Positions 1 to 10,356 of a stretch of 45,509 nucleotides of DNA are shown piece after piece (positions within the stretch are counted from its first letter, which is position 1; each line of letters begins with the position of its first letter). The stretch is from positions 1 through 45,509 of the forward strand of contig JAAYWF010000208.1 of assembly GCA_012516825.1 (NCBI GenBank), in the 5' to 3' direction. A program made the position numbers and the translations under genes. A model generated the notes under the pieces. The model saw only the letters and a list, made by a program, of their open reading frames with translations, was not told the DNA's origin and ran no database searches. Source of the DNA: Lentimicrobium sp. GTDB lineage: Bacteria; Bacteroidota; Bacteroidia; Bacteroidales; 4484-276.

Positions 1-90
1 GCAATCTTTAATAATTCCGGTAATTATTTATTCTCCATAAAAATTAATCGAACATCTACGTTAACTCTTTCTAATGAACTGATTCTTACA

Positions 91-3000
91 TTGTTCTATT
101 TAATTTCATTAGTTTTTTTTCTGGTTTTTTTAAGCGCCCTATATAAATATTTTTTCAAAAAATTTAAAAAACAATGGCTGCTTATTATTGGGTTCATCGT
201 AGATTTAATAATTATTCGTTATTTAATATTTTATTTCAAATTACCCAGAATTCTTTACGAATCAAAACTGTTCAGCCCTCACTATTATGCCTTTTCAGAA
301 TGGATACCTTCCTTTGGAGATTTGATAGTTAACATAGTTTTTATATTTATTATCTCATTGTTCATTTTTTCTAATTTGAAATTTGATATTAAAATTACCA
401 AAATAAAATTGTTTCGCAGGTATATATACTCTCTTTTACTTTTTCTCATTGTTATTCTGTTTTTTGCCGGTCTTCACATTGTCTTTTACAGCCTTATCAA
501 TGATTCAATTATCTCTCTTGATTTATATAATATATTCAATTTGAATTGGTTGAGCTTAATATCCTTTTTCATTTTATTTATTTCTCAACTTTCATTTTTT
601 CTGATTTCTTCAAAAATTATCTTTTTTATCTACAAGTTAGTAGGTAGTTTTAAAGGATTTTTACTATCGTTTTTACCCGCTTTAATTATTTACTCTTTTC
701 TTTTGTTTAATACGGACACAGGCAATTTATGGCTAATTTTATTTCTTTTAATTTACATATTATCCTTTGGCCTATTTTTTCATCAAAAGATTTTCAAATT
801 AAATTTTATCAATATTTTATTCTATGCAACTCTCTTTTCAATTTTTAGCGCTTATATTTTACAAATATATAATGAGTCAAAAGAGCAAGAAAACAGAAAA
901 TTTTTAGCTATCAATCTTTCACTTGAAAAACGCGATCCTGTTGCAGAGTTTTTATTTCAGAAAAAGAATCAGGAAATTGAACAAGACAACTATTTGAAAA
1001 ATTTAGTAAATGATTATTTTCTTAATCATATCACCGAAGATAGTATCTCACAATACATTTCTCAAAAATATTTCTACGACTTCTCAAGATCATATAATCA
1101 ACAGGTTACCATTTGCGATAAAAATGATTTTCTTTTTATCAGTTCCGCTGAGGTTGAAACCAATTGTTGGTCATTTTTTAATAATTTAATTGAGAGTTAT
1201 TGCAAAGTTTCGCATGACGATAATTTATGTTTCCTCAACTATGGCCCTGGAGATAGTGGTTATTTGGCTATACTAAATATTGAAAAGCGTAATACACATG
1301 ATACAATAAAAGTTTTTGTAGAACTAACACCCAAATTTTTTACAAAAGATCTCGGCTTACCCGATCTTTTAATTGATAGGGATGTATTGAAAGAGCCTGC
1401 TTTAGGAGAGTATTCTTACGCTATATTTAATAATGGTATTCTAATACAACGAGTAGGGAAATATTTTTACAATTTTGATATCAATCATTATTCAAATCCT
1501 GTTACTAAAATCAGTTTTTTCAATAAAAATAATTATAACCATCTCGTTTACAAGGCTGATGATTCTCGAATTTTGATTATCAGCAAAAAGAACAAATCAT
1601 TTTTTGACATAATCGCTCCATTTTCCTACTTTTTTATTTTTTATTCACTTCTGATATTTACAGTTATTATTACTATCAGATTGCTTGGCGGGAGTTTTAA
1701 GTATCATTATAATTTTCGACACAGATTACAATTTTCAATGACGCTTGTATTACTCCTAACATTCGTAGTAATGGGCATTTTTACTTTACAATATATTAGT
1801 AATTTGAACAGCAAAAAAAATGATGATATCTTAAATGAAAAAACTCATTCCATATTAAATGAATTACAAAATAAAATTATTGACAAAGATTTTCTTACTG
1901 AATCTGATGAATACTATTTAGGAGATTTGTTAGTAACTTATTCAAATATTTTTTATACCGATATAAATCTTTTTAGCCTTGATGGAACTCTTCTTGCCTC
2001 ATCGCGTCAGCAAATTTTTAAAGAAAAATTGATAAGTAAAAAAATGAATCCACAGGCTTTTATGAAGCTATCTTTAGAAAATTATTCATTCTACATTCAA
2101 AACGAACATATTGGTAATCAACATTTTCTTTCTGCCTATATCCCTTTTATAAATTATCAAAACAGGGTAATAGCATATCTCAATCTTCCCTATTTTGCTA
2201 AAGAGAAGGATCTGCAGCGCGAAATTTCAAGCTTCATTGTTACTTATATCAACATTTATATTCTTTTAATTGTCTTTTCTATTCTCCTTGCAGTATTGAT
2301 TTCCAACTATATTTCGCAGCCGATCAAGCTTATTATGAAAAAAATATCAGATATTAAGCTTTCGGGAAATAACGAAAAGATTGAATGGAAGCGCGATGAT
2401 GAGTTAGGTCAACTTATTGCTTCGTATAATAGTATGATTGATCAACTTGCTATTAGCGCCGAATTGTTGGCACAATCGGAGCGTGAATCGGCATGGCGCG
2501 AGATGGCCCGCCAGATAGCACACGAGATAAAAAATCCATTAACTCCAATGAAGCTAACAATACAACACCTGCAACATGCTTGGAATAGTCAGGCTCCAGA
2601 TTGGGATAAAAGGCTTCAAAAATTCACTAAAACGATGATCGAACAAATTGATACCCTTTCTATCATCGCTTCAGAGTTTTCAAGTTTTGCCAAAATTTCT
2701 CACGATAAAAAAGAAGATATCAACCTCTTGGAAGTCATCCAATCATCTATAAATCTTTTTAGCTCTGCCGAAAATATTTCCATCGTATTAAAAACAAATT
2801 TTGAAGAACTTTGGATTGAAGCTGACAAGACACAAATAATTAGAGCATTTAATAATTTGATAAAAAACGCCTATCAGGCAATTGGTTTGCGTGATGATGG
2901 TAAAATTATAATTGAGTTATTAGCCAATACTGAGAACTGTATTATCAAAATTCGGGATAATGGTTTAGGTATATCGCCGGAGCTTACTGATAAAATCTTT

Positions 3001-3156
3001 AAGCCCTATTTTACCACTAAAAGTAGTGGTTTAGGGTTAGGATTAGCTATCGTTAAAAGCATTATTATTGATATGGGGGGGCAGATCACTTATGTTTCGG
3101 ATGCAGGTGTCGGAACCACCTTTACTATCACATTGCCGCTAAAGAAAAATTCTTAG
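91..3156 (+). CDS. Multi-pass membrane sensor histidine kinase (HAMP/HisKA/HATPase_c)
   Basis: 1021-aa ORF. The N-terminal third is strongly hydrophobic with multiple helices, and further TM segments flank soluble regions. H-box REMARQIAHEIKNPL, N-box NNLIKNAYQA, G-boxes IRDNGLGI and GLGLGLAIV. The TTG start is taken from the ORF track, so the true start is uncertain. Confidence 0.85.
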   Translation: MFYLISLVFFLVFLSALYKYFFKKFKKQWLLIIGFIVDLIIIRYLIFYFKLPRILYESKLFSPHYYAFSEWIPSFGDLIVNIVFIFIISLFIFSNLKFDIKITKIKLFRRYIYSLLLFLIVILFFAGLHIVFYSLINDSIISLDLYNIFNLNWLSLISFFILFISQLSFFLISSKIIFFIYKLVGSFKGFLLSFLPALIIYSFLLFNTDTGNLWLILFLLIYILSFGLFFHQKIFKLNFINILFYATLFSIFSAYILQIYNESKEQENRKFLAINLSLEKRDPVAEFLFQKKNQEIEQDNYLKNLVNDYFLNHITEDSISQYISQKYFYDFSRSYNQQVTICDKNDFLFISSAEVETNCWSFFNNLIESYCKVSHDDNLCFLNYGPGDSGYLAILNIEKRNTHDTIKVFVELTPKFFTKDLGLPDLLIDRDVLKEPALGEYSYAIFNNGILIQRVGKYFYNFDINHYSNPVTKISFFNKNNYNHLVYKADDSRILIISKKNKSFFDIIAPFSYFFIFYSLLIFTVIITIRLLGGSFKYHYNFRHRLQFSMTLVLLLTFVVMGIFTLQYISNLNSKKNDDILNEKTHSILNELQNKIIDKDFLTESDEYYLGDLLVTYSNIFYTDINLFSLDGTLLASSRQQIFKEKLISKKMNPQAFMKLSLENYSFYIQNEHIGNQHFLSAYIPFINYQNRVIAYLNLPYFAKEKDLQREISSFIVTYINIYILLIVFSILLAVLISNYISQPIKLIMKKISDIKLSGNNEKIEWKRDDELGQLIASYNSMIDQLAISAELLAQSERESAWREMARQIAHEIKNPLTPMKLTIQHLQHAWNSQAPDWDKRLQKFTKTMIEQIDTLSIIASEFSSFAKISHDKKEDINLLEVIQSSINLFSSAENISIVLKTNFEELWIEADKTQIIRAFNNLIKNAYQAIGLRDDGKIIIELLANTENCIIKIRDNGLGISPELTDKIFKPYFTTKSSGLGLGLAIVKSIIIDMGGQITYVSDAGVGTTFTITLPLKKNS

Positions 3157-3189
3157 TTTTAAAGCGAAATATTCCCATTTTTCCTTGGT

Positions 3190-3498
3190 TTGAGTCAATG
3201 CACCTATGATGATATTGTTGATCGTTCTTTATTCACTACATTACGCCATAGTTACCGTCGAACCACAAAACGATTAAAGACCAAGCTCAGGTTCGCCCAC
3301 AACCCCAAATGTCGCAAAGAAGCCAGTACAGCGAAACGAAGATTAAAGACCATTGCCGGCCTGATCACCCGAGAGATAGAACGAGATCTTTGCACTATAA
3401 ATGGTTTGAATATTATAGTCAATTGGAAATCGGGAGAAACATTTATTAATCGCTACTACAATAAAGCTTACAATCTTCGTAGCGAGAAAAACATATAG
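3190..3498 (+). pseudogene. Internal fragment of an IS5-family (DDE) transposase
   Basis: 102-aa ORF with a TTG start. The segment SYRRTTKRLK...HNPKCRKEASTAKRRLKTIAGLITREIERDL...EKNI resembles, from memory, the basic K/R-rich RKLKTIAGRxxRELER linker region of Bacteroidota IS5-type transposases. There are no DDE catalytic residues and it is far too short for an intact transposase. Confidence 0.5.
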
Positions 3499-3499
3499 C

Positions 3500-3700
3500 G
3501 GCTTAGTTCTCTTCAAAATGCTACTTATAAGTATATGGAACGGGCTTTCGGATGAGCGTTTGATCTAAATACAACTTTATAGTAAATAAAGGGGTAAAAG
3601 TGGATGCAATCAAAATCGAATCGCCTTACTCTGTGAAACTCCGAGCAAAACTCTGGACTCATATTCCCTCGCTGAAGGTGAGTTGTTAAGGGGCCGACTG
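3500..3700 (+). mobile_element. Further degraded transposase remnants (DUF772-like N-terminal piece)
   Basis: The frame ending at the stop codon 3566-3568 reads ..LVLFKMLLISIWNGLSDERLI*, matching the LLLxxxxxLSDexl motif of the transposase DUF772 N-terminal domain. A second frame reads GVKVDAIKIESP around 3595-3630, which is DDE-like (vDaT.iea). The region is broken by stops and frame changes. The N-terminal piece lies downstream of the internal piece, so the order is scrambled. Confidence 0.35.
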
Positions 3701-3716
3701 TTTCAAAAAACTATCC

Positions 3717-4781
3717 TTAACGATTTAAATATTGTTCTTCGTAATATTTTAAATAGTCGCCCGAAGTAACATTTTCGAGCCATTCAGGGTTATTCAAATA
3801 CCAATCTACAGTTTTTTCCAACCCCTCTTCAAATACTAATGATGGCGACCATCCTAATTCATTTTTCAGTTTTGAGGAATCAATGGCATAACGTAAATCG
3901 TGGCCGGCACGATCTTTAACGTAGCTAATCAATTTTTCTGATTCGCCTAATTCACGACCAAGTTTTCTATCCATTATTTTGCATAGCAGCCTGATCAGGT
4001 CAATGTTTTTCCATTCATTATTACCACCAATGTTGTACGTCTCTCCAACCTTTCCTTTATGAAAAATAATATCAATTGCTGAGGCATGATCTTCCACATA
4101 AAGCCAATCGCGCACATTTAGGCCTTTACCATAAACAGGTAACTTCTTTTTATTTTTAATGTTATGAATAAAGAGTGGAATTAGCTTTTCGGGAAATTGG
4201 TAACCACCATAATTATTTGAGCAATTCGATATTTTAACGGGTAAACCGAAGGTGTGATAATATGCCCTGACTAAATGATCGGAACCGGCTTTTGAAGCGG
4301 AATAAGGGCTACGCGGATCGTAGGGAGTGTTTTCGGTAAAAAGGCCGGTTTCACCTAACGATCCATACACTTCATCAGTGGAAACGTGATAAAACAACTT
4401 TCCCTTGTAGTCATCCTGCCAATGAAATTTGGCGGCATTAAGCAAATTGGCTGTTCCTACAAAATTGGTCATAATAAATTCTGTTGGACTTGCAATAGAA
4501 CGATCAACATGCGATTCTGCGGCAAGATGAATCACACCATCAAATTTATAGACGTCAAACAACTTTTGCATCTCTTCATCTTCAACAATATCCGCCTTGA
4601 CAAATTTGTAGTTTAATTTATCCTCAACATCTCTGAGGTTTTCTAAGTTTCCGGCATAAGTAAGTTTATCAACATTGATAATTCTATATTTCGGGTATTT
4701 ATTAACCATGAATCTGACAACATGAGAGCCAATAAATCCCGCGCCTCCGGTAACCATAATTGTTTTTTCATACGTTTCCAT
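3717..4781 (-). CDS. rfbB: dTDP-glucose 4,6-dehydratase
   Basis: 354 aa. GGAGFIGSH Rossmann motif and the YSASKAGSDHLVRAY catalytic YxxxK context. Full-length resemblance to the RmlB family. Confidence 0.92.
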   Translation of the reverse strand: METYEKTIMVTGGAGFIGSHVVRFMVNKYPKYRIINVDKLTYAGNLENLRDVEDKLNYKFVKADIVEDEEMQKLFDVYKFDGVIHLAAESHVDRSIASPTEFIMTNFVGTANLLNAAKFHWQDDYKGKLFYHVSTDEVYGSLGETGLFTENTPYDPRSPYSASKAGSDHLVRAYYHTFGLPVKISNCSNNYGGYQFPEKLIPLFIHNIKNKKKLPVYGKGLNVRDWLYVEDHASAIDIIFHKGKVGETYNIGGNNEWKNIDLIRLLCKIMDRKLGRELGESEKLISYVKDRAGHDLRYAIDSSKLKNELGWSPSLVFEEGLEKTVDWYLNNPEWLENVTSGDYLKYYEEQYLNR

Positions 4782-4788
4782 AAAAATT

Positions 4789-5826
4789 TTATTTAGTAGT
4801 TTTCTTTCTATTATTATAAAGCGCCAATTCCCATTTCCAGGCTGACTCGGTCATTTCATCAATATCTTTTTCAGCTTTCCAGCCAAGTTCCAGATTAGCG
4901 AAAGAGGTGTCGGCCCAAACTTCAGTAATATCGCCAGGGCGTCGTTCCACTATAGCATAATTCAATTTTATCCCCGACACTTTTTCAAAACTTTTGATTA
5001 CTTCCAACACTGAATAACCTTTTCCTGTCCCGAGATTAAATACTTCATAAGGATATTTTGAATTTTTCTTTACCATCCTTTCTACCGCTATTACATGAGC
5101 TTTGGCAAGATCAACGACGTGTATATAATCACGGATCGGTGTGCCATCAGGTGTCGGATAATCATTTCCAAACACTTTTAGCTGATCGCGTAAACCAATT
5201 GCTGTTTGGGTTATAAATGGGACTAAATTATTCGGGACTCCAATGGGTAATTCTCCAATTTTAGCAGATTCATGAGCGCCAATGGGGTTAAAATAACGCA
5301 ATGAAATTGCTTTAAGTTTTGATGTCCTAACGGTATCTGAAATTATTTCTTCGGATATCTGTTTTGTATTGCCATAAGGAGATAATGCAATCTGAACCGG
5401 TGCGCTTTCATCAACCGGTAAGTTAGCAGGTTGTCCGTAAACAGTACAGGATGATGAAAAAACTAAGTTTTCAATATTATTATCCAACATCCCTTGCAAA
5501 ATATTCATCAGCGAAAAAAGATTGTTATAATAATAATTTAGAGGCTGAACGACAGATTCCCCTACAGCTTTTAATGCTGCAAAATGAATAATTGCATCTA
5601 TATTTTTATGGCGTTTAAAAAAATCAAGCGTCTTCTTTCGATCTGCCAGGTCAAACTTTTCAAAGTCTATCTTTATACCGGTTATGTTAGTTATGTTTTC
5701 CAAAACGTCAGGCTGAGAATTGGAGAGGTTATCAACAATAATTACATCATACCCAACTTGCTGAAGCTCAACAACAGTATGCGATCCAATGTATCCTGTA
5801 CCCCCTGTAACAAGCACTTTTTTCAT
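4789..5826 (-). CDS. galE: UDP-glucose 4-epimerase
   Basis: 345 aa. GGTGYIGSH, the YGNTKQISEEI YxxxK motif, and the SDR extended family architecture typical of GalE. Confidence 0.88.
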   Translation of the reverse strand: MKKVLVTGGTGYIGSHTVVELQQVGYDVIIVDNLSNSQPDVLENITNITGIKIDFEKFDLADRKKTLDFFKRHKNIDAIIHFAALKAVGESVVQPLNYYYNNLFSLMNILQGMLDNNIENLVFSSSCTVYGQPANLPVDESAPVQIALSPYGNTKQISEEIISDTVRTSKLKAISLRYFNPIGAHESAKIGELPIGVPNNLVPFITQTAIGLRDQLKVFGNDYPTPDGTPIRDYIHVVDLAKAHVIAVERMVKKNSKYPYEVFNLGTGKGYSVLEVIKSFEKVSGIKLNYAIVERRPGDITEVWADTSFANLELGWKAEKDIDEMTESAWKWELALYNNRKKTTK

Positions 5827-5940
5827 AAAGAACTAATATCTGATAACCATAAAATTAAAATTGTGCCCAAAGTTAATCAAATTTTTGACGAAAATTACAG
5901 AGCAGACCCATTTTGTGTTTTCTTTAAAAATCAAATGAAA

Positions 5941-7236
5941 CTATAAACTCCAATAGTTTAAATGTTTGATTTTATTCCTGTAAATTCCTTTCACATCAAT
6001 TAAAATTGCATTTTGCGTAGTTATTGATTTAAAAAAATCTTCATTCAAATTTTTGTATTTTAAATGATTAACAGCAACAATAACAGCATCATACTTGTTA
6101 GTTATCGAACTAATCAATTCAAACCCATATTCCTTTTTTACCTCTTCATTATCAGCAAGAGGATCCATTACGTCAACATTAACAGCGTATGATTTCAGTT
6201 CGGTGATAATATCGGGCACCCGAGAGTTTCGTATATCGCTAACATCTTCTTTAAATGTTAATCCCATGACTAATACTTTACAGTCGGAAATATTTTTTTT
6301 AGCGTTTATCATTTTTTTTACCGCTTGCTTTGCTACGTAAAACCCCATCGAATCATTTACAAAACGCCCTGAATTTATCACCTGTGGATGGTATCTATAT
6401 TTTTTTGCCTTATAGGCAAGGTAATATGGGTCAACACCAATACAATGTCCTCCTACAAGTCCTGGGTAAAAGTTTAAGAAATTCCATTTTGTTCCTGCGG
6501 CCTCCAGCACATCATAAGTATTTATACCCATACGGTTAAAGATGATCGAAAGTTCATTCATAAGCGCAATGTTAACATCACGCTGAGTATTTTCGATAAT
6601 CTTTGCCGCTTCGGCAACCTTGATAGAGTGGGCTTTATGAACGCCAACCGTAACAACCATTTCATAAATTTTTGCAATCGTTTCTAAAGATTCGTCATCG
6701 CATCCAGAAACCACCTTTACAACAGTAGCTAAAGTATGAAGTTTATCTCCCGGGTTGATCCTTTCGGGTGAATAACCAACCTTAAAATCTCTTTTATATT
6801 TTAAGCCTGAAATTTCTTCTAACAGAGGAATGGCTTCTTCTTCAGTAGCGCCAGGATACACAGTAGATTCATAAACTACATAATCTCCTTTTTTTAATAT
6901 TCCAGCCACTGTTTTTGTTGCCGACAACAGGGGGCTTAAATCGGGTATATTACTATCATCAATTGGCGTTGGTACTGCTATAATATGAAAATCAGCATTT
7001 TGAAGATCCTTTGGATTATCTGTAAAAAAAATATCGCAACCATCGAAGGCCTCTTTTGATAACTCATTGCTTGGGTCTATCCCGTTTTTCATCATTTCTA
7101 TTCGATCCGATTTTATATCGAATCCAATTACCGGAACTCTTTTTGCAAATTCAAGTGCAACAGGTAATCCGACATAACCCAAACCAATTACCGAGATTTT
7201 AGCCTCTTTTTTTATTAGTCTTTGATACAAATTCAT
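5941..7236 (-). CDS. Nucleotide-sugar 6-dehydrogenase, WbpA/WbpO/TviB-like (UDP-N-acetylhexosamine dehydrogenase)
   Basis: 431 aa. N-terminal IGLGYVGLP Rossmann motif and a catalytic Cys in GGHCIGVDPYY. UDPG/MGDP dehydrogenase three-domain layout. Context with WbpD- and WbpE-like genes. Confidence 0.8.
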   Translation of the reverse strand: MNLYQRLIKKEAKISVIGLGYVGLPVALEFAKRVPVIGFDIKSDRIEMMKNGIDPSNELSKEAFDGCDIFFTDNPKDLQNADFHIIAVPTPIDDSNIPDLSPLLSATKTVAGILKKGDYVVYESTVYPGATEEEAIPLLEEISGLKYKRDFKVGYSPERINPGDKLHTLATVVKVVSGCDDESLETIAKIYEMVVTVGVHKAHSIKVAEAAKIIENTQRDVNIALMNELSIIFNRMGINTYDVLEAAGTKWNFLNFYPGLVGGHCIGVDPYYLAYKAKKYRYHPQVINSGRFVNDSMGFYVAKQAVKKMINAKKNISDCKVLVMGLTFKEDVSDIRNSRVPDIITELKSYAVNVDVMDPLADNEEVKKEYGFELISSITNKYDAVIVAVNHLKYKNLNEDFFKSITTQNAILIDVKGIYRNKIKHLNYWSL

Positions 7237-7272
7237 AAATAAATCTGTTTTACGTACTATTTATGGATATTA

Positions 7273-7854
7273 TCACTCTTTTACTTTTCTTACCTTACCC
7301 TCATACAATTCGTATCTTTCATTGCTTTCGGGGCATGTTGCGTATCCGTTTTCATCAAAATGAAGCCTGTGGCCATATTCGCTCATCCAACCGATTTGCC
7401 GTGCTGGATTACCAACAACAAGAGCATAAGGAAGTACTTCCTTTGTTACAACAGCCCCGGCTCCGATAAATGCGTACTCACCAATATTATTTCCGCATAC
7501 AATAGTTGAGTTTGCTCCTATGGTAGCTCCTTGCCTTACAACTGTCTTTTCATATTTATCACGACGGACAACAGTGCTACGTGGATTACTAATATTAGTA
7601 AATACCATTGACGGCCCAAGAAAAACATCATCCTCACAAATTACACCGGTATAAATGGAAACATTGTTTTGTACTTTGACATTCTTACCGAGAATTACGT
7701 GTGGCGATACAACCACATTTTGTCCAATATTTGAATTCTCGCCAATGACACAATCTTTCATAATATGCGAGAAATGCCAAATTTTAACGCCATTTCCAAT
7801 TGTGCATCCATCGTCAATAACTGCAGTTTCGTGTGCAAAATAGGATTTCTCCAT
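7273..7854 (-). CDS. Hexapeptide-repeat N-acetyltransferase, WbpD/WlbB-like
   Basis: 193 aa. The N-terminus YFAHETAVIDDGCTIGNGVKIWHFSHIM and the repeated [LIV]G motifs of a left-handed beta-helix are typical of UDP-2-acetamido-3-amino-2,3-dideoxy-glucuronate N-acetyltransferases. Confidence 0.8.
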   Translation of the reverse strand: MEKSYFAHETAVIDDGCTIGNGVKIWHFSHIMKDCVIGENSNIGQNVVVSPHVILGKNVKVQNNVSIYTGVICEDDVFLGPSMVFTNISNPRSTVVRRDKYEKTVVRQGATIGANSTIVCGNNIGEYAFIGAGAVVTKEVLPYALVVGNPARQIGWMSEYGHRLHFDENGYATCPESNERYELYEGKVRKVKE

Positions 7855-7860
7855 AACTTT

Positions 7861-8988
7861 TTATTTAATAAATTCAAGCAAAGTGTTTGTAATATACCCC
7901 AATTGTTCTTCATCTAATTCGGTGTGCATTGGCAAAGAGATTACATGTTTTGATAAATATTCTGAAACAGGAAAATTACCCTCTTTGTATCGCGGATCTT
8001 TATATGCTTGTTGTAAATGCAATGGAATGGGATAATAAACCATTGCCGGGATATTTTTCGAGGCTAAGAATTTTTGCAGTTCGTCTCTATCTACATCATC
8101 TACCACTAAAGTATATTGATGAAAAACATGTGTTGAATTTTTAACCCTGAATGGTATTTTAAGCTTTTGATGACCTGCAAATTTTTTATCATAATAATTA
8201 GCTGCTTCCTGTCGTGCTTTAATGTATTTGTCTAAATATTTGAGTTTTACATTTAAAATTGCCGCTTGAATGCTATCAAGCCTCGAATTTACTCCGATAT
8301 TTTCGTGATGGTAACGTATTGTCATTCCATGGTTTACAATGCTACGCATCAGTTTAGCAAAATTGTCATTATTAGTAAATATTGCACCGCCATCACCAAA
8401 ACACCCAAGATTTTTTGAGGGGAAAAAAGAGACTCCAGCCGCATCGCCAATTGTACCGGCCTTTTTTCTTTCTCCATTTTCGAAAATAAATTCAGAACCA
8501 ATAGCCTGACAGGCATCTTCGATCACATACAAACCATGCTCCTTAGCAATTTTCATAATTTCATCCATATCGGCACATTGTCCAAAAAGATGCACAGGAA
8601 CAATAGCTTTTGTCTTGTGAGTAATGGCTTTACGAATTTCATCGGGGTTAATATTAAATGTATCCGGATCAACATCTACAAGTACTGGTGTGAGTTTTAG
8701 CAAAGCAATAACCTCGGCGGTTGCAATAAAAGTAAAAGTGGTAGTGATTATTTCGTCACCCGGCTTTAGTTCAAGCCCCATCATGGCTACTTGCAAAGCA
8801 TCAGTACCATTTCCACATGGAATTACATGCTTTACCCCCAGATAATTTTCTAAATCATTCTGAAATTCCTTCACAACAGGACCATTAATAAAAGCAGTAC
8901 TTTCTATCACCTCCTGAATTGCTGTATCAATTTCAGATTTTATCCTTTTATCCTGACCCTTTAGGTCAACCATTCGAATCTCTTTCAT
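7861..8988 (-). CDS. DegT/DnrJ/EryC1/StrS family sugar aminotransferase (WbpE-like)
   Basis: 375 aa. PLP-lysine context VSFFPSKNLGCFGDGG and the overall DegT family pattern. Confidence 0.85.
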   Translation of the reverse strand: MKEIRMVDLKGQDKRIKSEIDTAIQEVIESTAFINGPVVKEFQNDLENYLGVKHVIPCGNGTDALQVAMMGLELKPGDEIITTTFTFIATAEVIALLKLTPVLVDVDPDTFNINPDEIRKAITHKTKAIVPVHLFGQCADMDEIMKIAKEHGLYVIEDACQAIGSEFIFENGERKKAGTIGDAAGVSFFPSKNLGCFGDGGAIFTNNDNFAKLMRSIVNHGMTIRYHHENIGVNSRLDSIQAAILNVKLKYLDKYIKARQEAANYYDKKFAGHQKLKIPFRVKNSTHVFHQYTLVVDDVDRDELQKFLASKNIPAMVYYPIPLHLQQAYKDPRYKEGNFPVSEYLSKHVISLPMHTELDEEQLGYITNTLLEFIK

Positions 8989-9045
8989 AAGATTTAATAT
9001 TACTGATTTATAAATTTAGTGTAAACCTAATGAAGCTCTATCTTC

Positions 9046-9082
9046 CAAAAACCTAACACGCTAGATTAATCCTGTCAGGTTT
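9046..9082 (-). terminator. Possible intrinsic terminator downstream of fbaA
   Basis: The minus strand reads AACCTGACA-loop-TGTTAGGTT followed by TTTTTGG. The stem has one mismatch and the loop is long, about 14 nt. Confidence 0.35.
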
Positions 9083-9119
9083 ATATTTTTATATAAAAAA
9101 CAGACTTTTAATCTTGCTT

Positions 9120-10199
9120 TTAATTTCTATTGATATTGTTTAAATCTTCGAAAGCAAGCTCTAGTCTTTTAACCATTGATGATTGTCCTTCGCGTAACCA
9201 CTTACGCGGATCGTAATACTTTTTATTGGGTTTGTCTTCACCTTCCGGATTTCCGATTTGACCCTGTAAATAACCTTGATACTTTTTATAAAAATTCATT
9301 ACACCTTCCCAGGTTGCCCATTGTGTATCGGTATCAATATTCATTTTTATAACACCGTAGCTAATAGCTTCCCTAATCTCTTCTCTTGAGGAACCTGATC
9401 CTCCATGAAAAACGAAATTTATTGGATTAACTTCGGTGTTAAACTTCTTTTGAATATAATCCTGAGAGTTTTTCAGAATTATTGGTCTTAGCTTAACATT
9501 TCCTGGTTTGTAAACTCCATGTACATTCCCAAAGGCTGCTGCAATTGTAAAACGGTTGCTTACCTTAATCAACTCTTCATAAGCATAAGCCACTTCTTCA
9601 GGCTGGGTATAAAGCCTTGAGCTATCAACATCGGTATTGTCAACGCCATCCTCTTCACCACCGGTAATTCCTAATTCTATCTCGAGTGTCATTCCAATTT
9701 TTTTCATACGTTCAAGATACTTTTTACATAACTCAACATTCTCCTTTAATGGTTCTTCCGAAAGATCGAGCATATGTGAGCTATAAAGAGGTTTACCGTG
9801 GGTTTCAAAAAAGTTTTCTCCAAAATCAAGTAAGCCGTCAATCCAGGGTAAAAGCTTCTTAGCAGCATGATCGGTATGTAAAATAACAGGAACTCCGTAC
9901 ATTTCAGCAACTCTATGGACATGCAGCGCACCAGAAATGGCTCCTACAATTGCAGCCTTTTCATTTTCATTCGATAATCCTTTACCAGCAAAAAATGATG
10001 CTCCGCCATTAGAAAATTGGATGATCACCGGTGAATTAACTTTACGCGCTGCTTCAAGTACTGCATTTATTGAATCAGTGCCAACTACATTAACTGCAGG
10101 TAATGCAAACTGATTTTTTTTTGCTACTGCAAAGACTTTTTGTACATCATTACCTGTAAGTACGCCAGGCTTTACAAAATCAAATATCTTTTCTGCCAT
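9120..10199 (-). CDS. fbaA: Class II fructose-1,6-bisphosphate aldolase
   Basis: 359 aa. Conserved VILHTDHAAK and FVFHGGSGSS metal and substrate motifs. Full-length class IIa FBA pattern. Confidence 0.93.
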   Translation of the reverse strand: MAEKIFDFVKPGVLTGNDVQKVFAVAKKNQFALPAVNVVGTDSINAVLEAARKVNSPVIIQFSNGGASFFAGKGLSNENEKAAIVGAISGALHVHRVAEMYGVPVILHTDHAAKKLLPWIDGLLDFGENFFETHGKPLYSSHMLDLSEEPLKENVELCKKYLERMKKIGMTLEIELGITGGEEDGVDNTDVDSSRLYTQPEEVAYAYEELIKVSNRFTIAAAFGNVHGVYKPGNVKLRPIILKNSQDYIQKKFNTEVNPINFVFHGGSGSSREEIREAISYGVIKMNIDTDTQWATWEGVMNFYKKYQGYLQGQIGNPEGEDKPNKKYYDPRKWLREGQSSMVKRLELAFEDLNNINRN

Positions 10200-10333
10200 A
10201 ATTTCAATTATTAAATATTAATTGTTTGCAAAAATAATCATTCTATCCAGTTATCTCTGCGACGTGTTTTTCGAATATTAAGCCTTTTATTAGATAAATT
10301 AACAGATAATCCTGCCAAACTTTTCCATAAATC

Positions 10334-10341
10334 TATCTTTG
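10334..10341 (+). promoter_or_regulatory. Bacteroidota -7 promoter element (TAnnTTTG) upstream of tyrS
   Basis: TATCTTTG lies 16 nt upstream of the tyrS ATG. No clean -33 TTTG was seen. Confidence 0.45.
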
Positions 10342-10356
10342 CAAAAAATTTGATTT

